DNA from: Aquificota bacterium
Lineage (GTDB): Bacteria; Aquificota; Aquificia; Aquificales; Hydrogenothermaceae
Direction of reading: 5' to 3'
Length of the DNA stretch: 64,000 nucleotides
Assembly: GCA_013153635.1 (NCBI GenBank)
Contig: JAADDZ010000009.1
Coordinates: 29,967 to 93,966 of the forward strand
How positions within the stretch are numbered: position 1 is the stretch's first letter; each line of letters begins with the position of its first letter. The position numbers were made by a program, and so were the translations under genes. Of this stretch, positions 45,222-52,999 are shown in pieces. The notes beneath the pieces are model-generated. The model was not told the DNA's origin. It saw nothing but the letters and a program-made list of their open reading frames with translations, and did no database searches.

Positions 45222-45364
45222 AATTTTACACGATTAGATATGTTATCTTACGAAAAAAGTTTATATAAGCGGATTTTACTAAGATTTTCTTATTACTTTT
45301 ATATAAAAAAACTTGACAATGAATATTTAAGATTTATACTATAATACAGAGCTAAGCGAAACAG

Positions 45365-46078
45365 ATGATAATGGAGGGGTACACAGTGGATTTATACCAG
45401 TTGAGAGAGTTACAGGCTATACACACTCTCGTATTTGAGACACTGGGACAACCAGAAAAAGAAAGAGAATTCAAACTAAAATCTCTAAAAAGATGGGGCT
45501 TTGACTTACTTTTTGGTAAAAAAGCTGGGAAAGCTACATTTTTCACTTGTGAATCTGGAAAACGAGAGAAAGGGGAAAAATACAAAGAAAATGATGTACA
45601 TTACGAAGTTGAAGAAATCATAAATGAACTTCCTAAAAACAAAAAGATATATGCCCACATAGAGATGATAAATGGACGAGCTTATCTAGTTGCTGACCTA
45701 AGAGAAAGAGAAGAAAATATAGAGATTCTTCGTGTTCCTGCTGGGTCTATACTTCTTGCATACTTCAAAAAACACAGACTACATCACCTTATACAGTCCC
45801 TAAAAAATGTAGGTACTGCTTCAGAACTTGTAAAACAGAGAGGTCAAGAAGGTAAACCAGTACCTTACGAAAATCTTCCTAATGTAGCTAGAAGATTCCT
45901 AAGAGGAGCAAAAGATGTAGAAGAAAATGCAGGATTTGGGAGGGTTGCTCTTTCTTACTGGGGAGAAAACAAAGACAAAGATGCTAGATTTAGAGTATCA
46001 TGGTTATTACCTACTATTGCGCTTTTTGATATAAACATAGCAGAAAAAGCTGACAAGCTTCTTTCTGCTTTTAAATAG
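45365..46078 (+). CDS. Hypothetical protein (no family recognised)
   Basis: 237-aa ORF behind TTGACA-16-TATACT (45313..45340). The start may instead be GTG 45386, 4 nt after GGAGGGG. Coding-like composition. Confidence 0.55.
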   Translation: MIMEGYTVDLYQLRELQAIHTLVFETLGQPEKEREFKLKSLKRWGFDLLFGKKAGKATFFTCESGKREKGEKYKENDVHYEVEEIINELPKNKKIYAHIEMINGRAYLVADLREREENIEILRVPAGSILLAYFKKHRLHHLIQSLKNVGTASELVKQRGQEGKPVPYENLPNVARRFLRGAKDVEENAGFGRVALSYWGENKDKDARFRVSWLLPTIALFDINIAEKADKLLSAFK

Positions 46079-46116
46079 AGCTGGGGAGGTTTATTAGGGG
46101 ATGCTTCTTCTCAGCT
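46079..46116 (+). terminator. Hairpin with G-U pairs, probable terminator of the preceding gene
   Basis: AGCTGGGGAGG (46079..46089) pairs with TCTTCTCAGCT (46106..46116), 11 bp including 3 G-U, followed by GTTCGCCTTTTATCTTT. Confidence 0.4.
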
Positions 46117-46135
46117 GTTCGCCTTTTATCTTTAG

Positions 46136-46183
46136 CCGGGGAGGATTTCCAACATACCAAAAAGGAAATCCGTTCCTCCCCGG
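46136..46183 (+). other. Very stable GC-rich hairpin in the prefoldin leader (function unknown)
   Basis: CCGGGGAGGATTTCC - 13 nt loop - GGAAATCC-gt-TCCTCCCCGG. No U-tract on either strand. A third small hairpin, CGAAG-n8-CTTCG + TTTTAT, sits at 46206..46228. Confidence 0.5.
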
Positions 46184-46318
46184 AATAAAAACAGACAAAG
46201 ACAATCGAAGTTTTGCATCTTCGTTTTATCAGCCTTTATTTAGTAATATAAAAATTTACAAAAATCTGTATTTTCTTTTAGAGAAAAAATTTATCTAAAT
46301 AAAAAGGAGGGTACAAAA

Positions 46319-46759
46319 ATGGCAAAAAGAAAAACAAAGGACACACCAAAAGTATCTTTAGAGGAGCTAAACAGAGAGCTAAGAGGATACATAGCTCAAA
46401 TAGAAGCTCTTAGAACAGAGATAGCCGCAATAGATACAGCGATTGCAGACCTACGAGCGGTAATAAAGACAATCAATAACATCAAAGACCTTGGAAAAGG
46501 TAAAAACATCTTGATTCCTATAGGAGCTATAGCCCAGATAGAAGCCAAGATAGAAGAACCAGATAAAGTAGTTGTCAGTATAGGAAACGGTATATCCGCA
46601 GAATTGAGTGTAGAAGAAGCTCTAGCTCAAATCGCCAAAGAAATAGCTACACTACAGGCTCTTAGAAGAGCTTTAGAAGAAGCGATAGTAGAAGCTTATG
46701 CGAAAACAGAGGAGCTACTGGAGAAAACAAAGGCTTTAGGGGCAGAAGAAGGCAAATAA
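46319..46759 (+). CDS. Prefoldin alpha-subunit-like protein (archaeal PfdA/GimC-alpha type)
   Basis: 146 aa. N- and C-terminal heptad coiled coils flank a double beta-hairpin block ILIPIGAIAQIEAKIEEPDKVVVSIGNGISAELSVEEA, which matches the archaeal PfdA pattern (ILVPLG...V.A.I...DKVLV.IG.G..VE....EA). Confidence 0.7.
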   Translation: MAKRKTKDTPKVSLEELNRELRGYIAQIEALRTEIAAIDTAIADLRAVIKTINNIKDLGKGKNILIPIGAIAQIEAKIEEPDKVVVSIGNGISAELSVEEALAQIAKEIATLQALRRALEEAIVEAYAKTEELLEKTKALGAEEGK

Positions 46760-46772
46760 GGAGGAAAATCTT

Positions 46773-46988
46773 ATGGAAGATAAAACCAAGGAGATAGAAG
46801 CTCTACAGACCTTAAAAAAAGAACTCGAAGATACCTTAAGTGTAGTTCAGGAGCTAGAAGGAGCAAGGAGGTTTTTTTACAATACAGGTACTATATGTAT
46901 AGAGATGAACAAAGAGGAAATAATAGAGTTAGTTAAAACAGAAATAGAAGAAATAGAAAATATGATAAAAGAACTAGAAACCAAATAA
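46773..46988 (+). CDS. Short prefoldin beta-like protein (71 aa)
   Basis: Helix, single hairpin (FFYNTGTICIEMNKEE), helix. Resembles PfdB (VYK.VG.LLVK.DKEE) but with a shortened N-terminal coil. GGAGGA RBS, 13 nt after the alpha gene. Confidence 0.45.
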   Translation: MEDKTKEIEALQTLKKELEDTLSVVQELEGARRFFYNTGTICIEMNKEEIIELVKTEIEEIENMIKELETK

Positions 46989-47015
46989 AAATAAAATAAA
47001 AGGAGGTCAGGCAGT

Positions 47016-47906
47016 ATGAAAAAAATACTTAGTATCTTAGTAGCAACCGTTTTATCTATATCAATATCATTTTCACAAAGCTCTGATAAAAGTCAAACTA
47101 CAGAGCAATTGATGGAAACAGCAGGGAAAAGAAGTGTAGAGAAAGTAAAGGCAGGAGAGATAGAGAAGGTAATCCAAGAAGCTTTAGCAGTTTTCCAAAA
47201 GTCCCAACAGCTCCTATTTCAGTTAACTCACAATCAGATAGACCAAGCTAAAAAAACTGTAAAAGAGATACAACAGAGATTGGAAAAACTAGACAAACAG
47301 TACAAAGGAAAAATCGATAAACTCCCTATACAAGTAGTTATAATAGAAGTAGATGGTATAGATGACATAGAGTTAGCTGAAAAACTCAAGAAAGAAGCAA
47401 AAAAACTGTTAGAAGAAAATGATGTACCTTCTGCTAGAGATATACTAAATGCTCTTAGAAATGAGATAGTAATTGAAACTCACTATCTACCTTTAGAAAT
47501 ATACAAAGACACAATAGACCTTGTAGCTAAATTTTTAGAAAAAAATAATATTCCAAAAGCTGTAGAAGCATTGAATATAGCTTTAGGTACTATCGAAATA
47601 GAGCAAACAATCATACCAAAACCTATCGCAGAAGCCGTATTGCTAGTACAAGATGCAAAAGCAATCTTCAAAGAAGATAAAAAATCAGCTCTACAACTGT
47701 TAGAAGAGGCAAAAAGAAAACTAAAACTCGCAAAAGCTCTTGGTTATATAAGAACTGAAAAAGAGATAGAGCCTCTAATAAAAGAGATAGAAAAACTTGA
47801 AAAACAGATTAGAAAAGAAACTGCTGAAAAAGTTCTATTCGAAAGTCTAGAAAAGAAAATAAAACAGACTCAAGAAAAAGCTACAGAAACAAAACAAAGA
47901 AAATAA
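47016..47906 (+). CDS. Secreted YfdX-family-like helical protein
   Basis: Signal peptide (MKKILSILVATVLSISISFS). Block ETHYLPLEIYKDTIDLVAKFLEKNNIPKAVEALNIALGTIEIE resembles E. coli YfdX [44 protein letters not shown]. Confidence 0.5.
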   Translation: MKKILSILVATVLSISISFSQSSDKSQTTEQLMETAGKRSVEKVKAGEIEKVIQEALAVFQKSQQLLFQLTHNQIDQAKKTVKEIQQRLEKLDKQYKGKIDKLPIQVVIIEVDGIDDIELAEKLKKEAKKLLEENDVPSARDILNALRNEIVIETHYLPLEIYKDTIDLVAKFLEKNNIPKAVEALNIALGTIEIEQTIIPKPIAEAVLLVQDAKAIFKEDKKSALQLLEEAKRKLKLAKALGYIRTEKEIEPLIKEIEKLEKQIRKETAEKVLFESLEKKIKQTQEKATETKQRK

Positions 47907-47922
47907 TCTGTAGCTTATCACT

Positions 47923-47946
47923 GGGGGGGTTATCCCCCTTTTTTAT
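47923..47946 (+). terminator. Rho-independent terminator
   Basis: GGGGGG-gttat-CCCCC followed by TTTTTTAT. Overlaps the 3' end of the convergent metF. Confidence 0.6.
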
Positions 47947-48818
47947 AAAAGATGTTTTATATTTTCGTAGATTTGGATAGTTGCGTCAGACTTATTTAGT
48001 GTATAAAAATGAAGACCTTTTACCCCATGCTCCAACAGGTCAATACACTGTTTTGTAGCATACTCAATACCTACCTTTTTAACTTCTTCTGGTTTATTCT
48101 CTACCGCTTCTAATCTCTTTACTAGTTCTTCTGGTATTGTAGCTCCACACATAAGTGCAAACTTTCTTATCTGTTTGAAGTTGGTTATCGGCATGATTCC
48201 CGGAATGATAGGAATGTCTATTCCTTCTTTTGATACTTTTTCTAAAAAGTCATAGAAAAATCTATTATCAAAAAACATTTGAGTAATTGCAAATTCTGCT
48301 CCAGCTTCGACTTTTTTCTTAAAGAAGAATATATCTCTTTCTAGGTTAGGACTCTCTGGGTGTCCTTCTGGATAGGCGGCGGTAGCGATACAAAAGTGAT
48401 TTCCAAAGTTTTCTTTTATGAGTTGTATCAGCTCAACTGCGAATTTACAGCTATCTTTTGGTATCTCAAAATCTTTTATATCAGCAGGAATATCTCCTCT
48501 TAGGGCTAATATATTTTCTATTCCTATCTTTTTGTAGTCTGTTAGTATTTCTAATATTTCTTCTTTTGTATGTCCTATACATGTAAGGTGAGCCATCACA
48601 GTGAGGTTTGTTTTTTCATGTATCTTTTTCACAATGTTTCTAGTTCTATCTCTTGTACTTCCACCTGCTCCGTATGTAACTGATACAAAAGTAGGATTTA
48701 GTGATTCTAACTCTCTTATGGTATTGAACAACTGGTTTTCTGCTTGTGAATTTTTGGGAGGGAAGAACTCAAAAGAGATGCTCTTATTTACCTGTTTAAG
48801 GATATTCGAGATTTTCAT
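47943..48818 (-). CDS. metF: 5,10-methylenetetrahydrofolate reductase
   Basis: SFEFFPPK and [10 protein letters not shown] blocks, TIM-barrel length of 291 aa. Confidence 0.9.
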   Translation of the reverse strand: MKISNILKQVNKSISFEFFPPKNSQAENQLFNTIRELESLNPTFVSVTYGAGGSTRDRTRNIVKKIHEKTNLTVMAHLTCIGHTKEEILEILTDYKKIGIENILALRGDIPADIKDFEIPKDSCKFAVELIQLIKENFGNHFCIATAAYPEGHPESPNLERDIFFFKKKVEAGAEFAITQMFFDNRFFYDFLEKVSKEGIDIPIIPGIMPITNFKQIRKFALMCGATIPEELVKRLEAVENKPEEVKKVGIEYATKQCIDLLEHGVKGLHFYTLNKSDATIQIYENIKHLL

Positions 48819-48865
48819 GCTATATAGTATAACTTATAAAGATTAGGGGCTAAAGCCCCAAAATC

Positions 48866-49210
48866 TTACATACCACCCGGCATACCCGGCATACCCGGAG
48901 GTTTACCTTTTGATGTGACAAGCCTTTCTACAGGCTCTCCTCCAATAATGTGTTTTTCTATGATTTCTGGTACATCTTCCGGTTTTACATTACCATACCA
49001 AACAGCGTCAGGATATACCACTACAGTAGGTCCTAACATACAAGGACCTAGACAGCCAGTAGGGGTAACAGCCATTTTTTCAAAAAGATTTTTATTCATC
49101 ATCTCTTCTTGGAATTTCATAAAAATTTGGTCTGAACCTTGAGCGCCACAAGACGGCATGCCCGGGGGCTTCTTTTGCAAACATACAAAAACATGACGAA
49201 ACTCTGCCAT
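48866..49210 (-). CDS. Thioredoxin-like [2Fe-2S] ferredoxin
   Basis: Cys pattern VCLQ...SCG ... GCLGPCMLGPTVVVYPD as in NuoE/Aquifex Fdx4-type proteins. Unusual PGMPGMPGGM tail. Followed on the minus strand by the GGGGC-ttta-GCCCC hairpin at 48846..48859. Confidence 0.75.
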   Translation of the reverse strand: MAEFRHVFVCLQKKPPGMPSCGAQGSDQIFMKFQEEMMNKNLFEKMAVTPTGCLGPCMLGPTVVVYPDAVWYGNVKPEDVPEIIEKHIIGGEPVERLVTSKGKPPGMPGMPGGM

Positions 49211-49289
49211 ATAACTTTACCTCCGTTTCTTTTTATATTTCACTATTTTAAAAGGTTCGTGTAAAAACTAAAAATGATTTTTATTATAG

Positions 49290-50483
49290 TTATCTTAGGA
49301 TTTCTTCTATTTTGGTTATGTATGCATCAGAAAATCCTAGCTTCTTTATTTTTTGGAGCATTTCTTGAGCTTCTTGTTTTGTTTTGTACAATCCACAGTA
49401 AATTATGAATTTTGTTTTATCTATATCTTTTATAAAACACTCATCTAGGTTTATCTGTTTTAGTACTCTTTTAGCTTTTTCTTCAGAGAATAGAGTGATT
49501 GTTCTTACAGTATAAAATTTTTCTTTTGAGATAATTCCAGCTTTTTTGAATGCTATTATCCTTTCTTTAGCTAATTTTCCGTATTTTGTATTGAACTTTG
49601 ATGCTTTTTTGTAATACTCCACAGCTTTTTTATAGCTTTTGTACTGCTCTTGAATAACTCCTAGCATATAATAAGCGTAATCTTTGTAATCTTTTTCTAA
49701 TGTTAGAAGTTTATAATACCTTTCAGCTCTTATAAAATCTTTTTTCTTAAAGTAGTAATTAGCTAAAAATTCTATAATTTTTGGCGTTTTGAACGTTATC
49801 TGTTCAAAGGTTTTTACAGCCATCTCTTCTTTTCCAAGTTTTATAAAAGCCAATCCTCTATAATAAAGAGCGTCATCTTTTTGTTCTGGTAGAAAGTTCT
49901 CTGGTCTTGCTGTAAGTCTTAGTACATCATAATAGTTGCCGAGTTTATAAGCCGCAAGAACTTTGAGCATGTTTATACTCTTTAGGTCTGGTAGAGCTAT
50001 AAGCTTGTCCCACATCTTGTATTTGTAGTAGAGTTTTCCTAAGCTTTCGATGATTTTTTCTCTCTCTTTACCAGTGGTGAGAGGTAGCAATTTTTCTAAA
50101 ACTTGTATAAGTTCTTGCTCTTTACCTTTTTCTTTTAGGAGTTTTGCTCCAAGTACGAGTATTTCCTTTTTTTCTTTTAGAGATATGTTTTCGTTGTCTA
50201 ATGTTCTTATCAGCTGTAATAGTTTTTCATCATTCTTTGTAAAATAGTAAGAGCCTGCTAATATCTTTATAACTTTTTCTCTTTTTGGGTCGTCTTTTGG
50301 AGCCTTTTTTAGATATTCTTCAGCCTTTTGAGCGGCTATAGAGTAGACTTTGTCATTGTACGCGCCTTGTATCAAGAGTAACAACCTGTTTAGGTCTTCT
50401 TTTGCAAAAGCAAAGCTGAAAAAAAGCATCAGTATAAATAAAATCCTCATCATGTTTTTAATTATAACAGAACTTATAGACAC
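49290..50483 (-). CDS. TPR-repeat protein with C-terminal SPOR (peptidoglycan-binding) domain
   Basis: Signal/anchor peptide, several TPR-like A/Y-rich repeats. The C-terminal about 75 aa (FYTVRTITLFSEEKAKRVL...YCGLYKTKQEAQEML) fits the SPOR pattern. Confidence 0.6.
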   Translation of the reverse strand: MSISSVIIKNMMRILFILMLFFSFAFAKEDLNRLLLLIQGAYNDKVYSIAAQKAEEYLKKAPKDDPKREKVIKILAGSYYFTKNDEKLLQLIRTLDNENISLKEKKEILVLGAKLLKEKGKEQELIQVLEKLLPLTTGKEREKIIESLGKLYYKYKMWDKLIALPDLKSINMLKVLAAYKLGNYYDVLRLTARPENFLPEQKDDALYYRGLAFIKLGKEEMAVKTFEQITFKTPKIIEFLANYYFKKKDFIRAERYYKLLTLEKDYKDYAYYMLGVIQEQYKSYKKAVEYYKKASKFNTKYGKLAKERIIAFKKAGIISKEKFYTVRTITLFSEEKAKRVLKQINLDECFIKDIDKTKFIIYCGLYKTKQEAQEMLQKIKKLGFSDAYITKIEEILR

Positions 50484-50543
50484 AAAAAAAATGTAGAAAT
50501 TTTAATCCTTTCTCTAAAAGGAGGTTTTTCCGAAAAAATTATT

Positions 50544-51563
50544 ATGATAAATATTAAGCCTTTAATAAACCCTTACGAATACATACAAATCACAAAACCA
50601 AAAGGGTACTCTATATCCTTAAAAGTGGGAGAGATAGTAAAAGCAGAAGTGGTAGATATACTTCCCTCTGGTGGTGTAGTTATAAGAATGAAAGGAGCTT
50701 ACATAACAGTAAGGACAGAGATTCCACTCCAAAAAGATAGTTCTTTGCTTTTACAGATTTTACAACTTCCCGAAGATAACAGGCTAAAAATATCACTCTT
50801 ATCAGTGCTTAATCAAAAAGGACAGATAAACATAAACAAAGCTGAATTTTCAAGATTGGATATAAAGTCTCTAGCTTCTCTTATAGATATTGAGAATGTA
50901 ACCGAGTTTGAAAAAATTATGCTTTTTCAGATAATAAAAGAGAAAATATCCCCTTATAGAAATGTTATCTATCCCTTATCGATAAACAGTATATATCCTG
51001 ACAATCTAAGATATGCAGTATACAACAGCGGTATATTTCTAGAGTCAAAACTAAAAAATATCTTAAAAGGCAAAAAAGAAGACCTAAAGAATGATATAAA
51101 AGCGAATCTTTTACAGCAAATAGAAGATAACAACCTGTTTCATAATCTACTACAGACCAATACAAAAAAGAAAGCTCTCCTAAATGATATATATCTATAC
51201 CAGTTACTATCTAAACTCACAGAATCAGTGTATACATACATACCGATAAGTCTTAAACAGATAAAAAACTTCGACTTTTCTTACAAAAGAGAACAAAATG
51301 GAGGAAATTTTGTCAAACTAGACCTATCTTTTGAAGAAAAAGGTAGAGTTCTTGTCATAGTAACTTATTACCAAAACTATCTTAATATTTTTTTCAAATT
51401 TGAAGACAGTGATTTTAAAAAACAGGCAGAGAATCATATAGACAAACTAAAACAAAAACTCTCACCTATAAAAATAAATATCTTCTTTATAGAAGATAAA
51501 GTACCCTTTGATAGATTAGAAACATTCGAAATATCAAAACATCTCTTGGATATAAAAACATGA
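50544..51563 (+). CDS. Hypothetical protein, possible FliK-like hook-length-control domain protein
   Basis: C-terminal block FVKLDLSFEEKGRVLVIVTYYQNYLNIFFKFEDSDFKKQAENHIDKLKQKL resembles the Flg_hook pattern. Translationally coupled to an FlhB-CTD-like gene. Confidence 0.4.
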   Translation: MINIKPLINPYEYIQITKPKGYSISLKVGEIVKAEVVDILPSGGVVIRMKGAYITVRTEIPLQKDSSLLLQILQLPEDNRLKISLLSVLNQKGQININKAEFSRLDIKSLASLIDIENVTEFEKIMLFQIIKEKISPYRNVIYPLSINSIYPDNLRYAVYNSGIFLESKLKNILKGKKEDLKNDIKANLLQQIEDNNLFHNLLQTNTKKKALLNDIYLYQLLSKLTESVYTYIPISLKQIKNFDFSYKREQNGGNFVKLDLSFEEKGRVLVIVTYYQNYLNIFFKFEDSDFKKQAENHIDKLKQKLSPIKINIFFIEDKVPFDRLETFEISKHLLDIKT

Positions 51564-51820
51564 AAAAAAAGGCTGTAGCTCTAAACTACGAAAAAAATAA
51601 AGATTTAGCCCCAAAAGTAAAGGCAAAAGGGGAAGGTCTGATAGCCGAAAAAATAATACAGATAGCCCATCAAAACAACATTCCTATAAAAGAGGATAAA
51701 GAACTTATACAGATACTATCCTCTATCCCTTTAGACCAAGAAATCCCTCCAGAACTTTACAAAGCAGTGGCAGAGATTTTTGCCTATATTTACTCTATAA
51801 GTAAGAAAAAAATTGACTAA
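51560..51820 (+). CDS. FlhB C-terminal-domain-like small protein (YlqH/EscU-CTD family)
   Basis: 86 aa. AVALNYEKNKDLAPKVKAKGEGLIAEKIIQIAHQNNIPI.EDKELIQIL... matches the type III export switch C-terminal domain. Confidence 0.75.
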   Translation: MKKKAVALNYEKNKDLAPKVKAKGEGLIAEKIIQIAHQNNIPIKEDKELIQILSSIPLDQEIPPELYKAVAEIFAYIYSISKKKID

Positions 51821-51876
51821 CAGATAAAAATTTTTTATGATAATGATAATAATTATTAATAAATGGAGGGTAAGCT

Positions 51877-52929
51877 ATGAAAAATCTAAAAAAAGCTGTT
51901 TTTGGCATAGTCGCTACAACGCTAGCGGTAACCTGCTCCTATGCTGGTGATGATAGTAAACTTTTGGAGCAGGCAAAAGCGTATTTCAAACCTCTGCCAA
52001 AGGTAACTCCAGCACCAGCTTATAACCCAACCACTCCACAAAAGGTAAAGCTTGGGAAAATGCTTTACTACGATCCTAGACTCTCTTTAAGTGGTGTTAT
52101 CAGTTGTAATACCTGCCATAACTTGTCTTTCTTTGGCTCTGATGACCTTGAGACATCTTTAGGGCATAAATTTCAAACAGGTGGTAGAAATGCTCCTACA
52201 GTGTTAAATGCTGGTTTCCAGATAGCTCAATTCTGGGACGGTAGGGCAAAAGACCTAGAAGAACAAGCAAAAGGTCCTATCCTCAACCCTGTAGAGATGG
52301 CTGTACCTAATCCAGAGTTAGTTATAAGCAGACTAAAAACGATAAAAGAGTACGTACAACTGTTCAAAGAGGCTTTCCCACAGGATAAAAACCCAGTAAA
52401 TTATGATAATGTAGCAAAAGCTATCGCTTCTTTTGAGAGAACATTGGTAACCCCTTCTAGATTCGACGAATTCCTAAAAGGAAATACAAAAGCCCTAACT
52501 AAAAAAGAAAAAGAAGGTCTCCGTCTATTTATAACCAAAGGTTGTGCCAGTTGTCATCAAGGAGTAGCTGTTGGTGGAACGATGTTTCAAAAAATGGGTG
52601 TAGTAAAACCTTATCCTACTGGACTATTAGGAGAAGACCTTGGAAGGTATAACGTAACCAAGAAAGAAGAGGATAAACATGTTTTCAAAGTACCTATCCT
52701 AAGAAATATTACAAGAACTTATCCATACTTTAGTACTGGAAAGATATGGGATATAAAAGAAGCAGTTCAAATAATGGCAGAATATCAGTTAGGGATAAAA
52801 CTAACACAAGACGAAATAGACAAGATAGTAGCATTTTTAGACTCTCTAACTGGAGAAATTCCTAAAGATGCTCTAACACTTCCAGTTTTACCTCCATCAA
52901 CCCCACAGACACCAAAACCTCAATTATAG
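51877..52929 (+). CDS. Di-haem cytochrome c peroxidase
   Basis: Signal peptide, two CxxCH sites (CNTCH, CASCH), NAPTVLN and FWDGRA blocks. Confidence 0.9.
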   Translation: MKNLKKAVFGIVATTLAVTCSYAGDDSKLLEQAKAYFKPLPKVTPAPAYNPTTPQKVKLGKMLYYDPRLSLSGVISCNTCHNLSFFGSDDLETSLGHKFQTGGRNAPTVLNAGFQIAQFWDGRAKDLEEQAKGPILNPVEMAVPNPELVISRLKTIKEYVQLFKEAFPQDKNPVNYDNVAKAIASFERTLVTPSRFDEFLKGNTKALTKKEKEGLRLFITKGCASCHQGVAVGGTMFQKMGVVKPYPTGLLGEDLGRYNVTKKEEDKHVFKVPILRNITRTYPYFSTGKIWDIKEAVQIMAEYQLGIKLTQDEIDKIVAFLDSLTGEIPKDALTLPVLPPSTPQTPKPQL

Positions 52930-52936
52930 ATTAAAC

Positions 52937-52956
52937 GGGGCATTAAGCCCCTTTTT
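52937..52956 (+). terminator. Rho-independent terminator
   Basis: GGGGC-attaa-GCCCC followed by TTTTTAAAT. Confidence 0.7.
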
Positions 52957-52999
52957 AAATCATTGTGAATTTTTGCTAAAATGAAGCCTACCAACTAAA

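Noticed and set aside
46101-46298. 65-aa ORF in the gap before the prefoldin gene
   Set aside because: No RBS. The ORF is composed of the arms of GC-rich hairpins, so it is better explained as structured RNA.
47923-47946. Bidirectional terminator serving both the YfdX-like gene and the convergent metF
   Set aside because: On the minus strand the hairpin is not followed by a U-tract, and it overlaps the metF stop. I keep it only as the plus-strand terminator.
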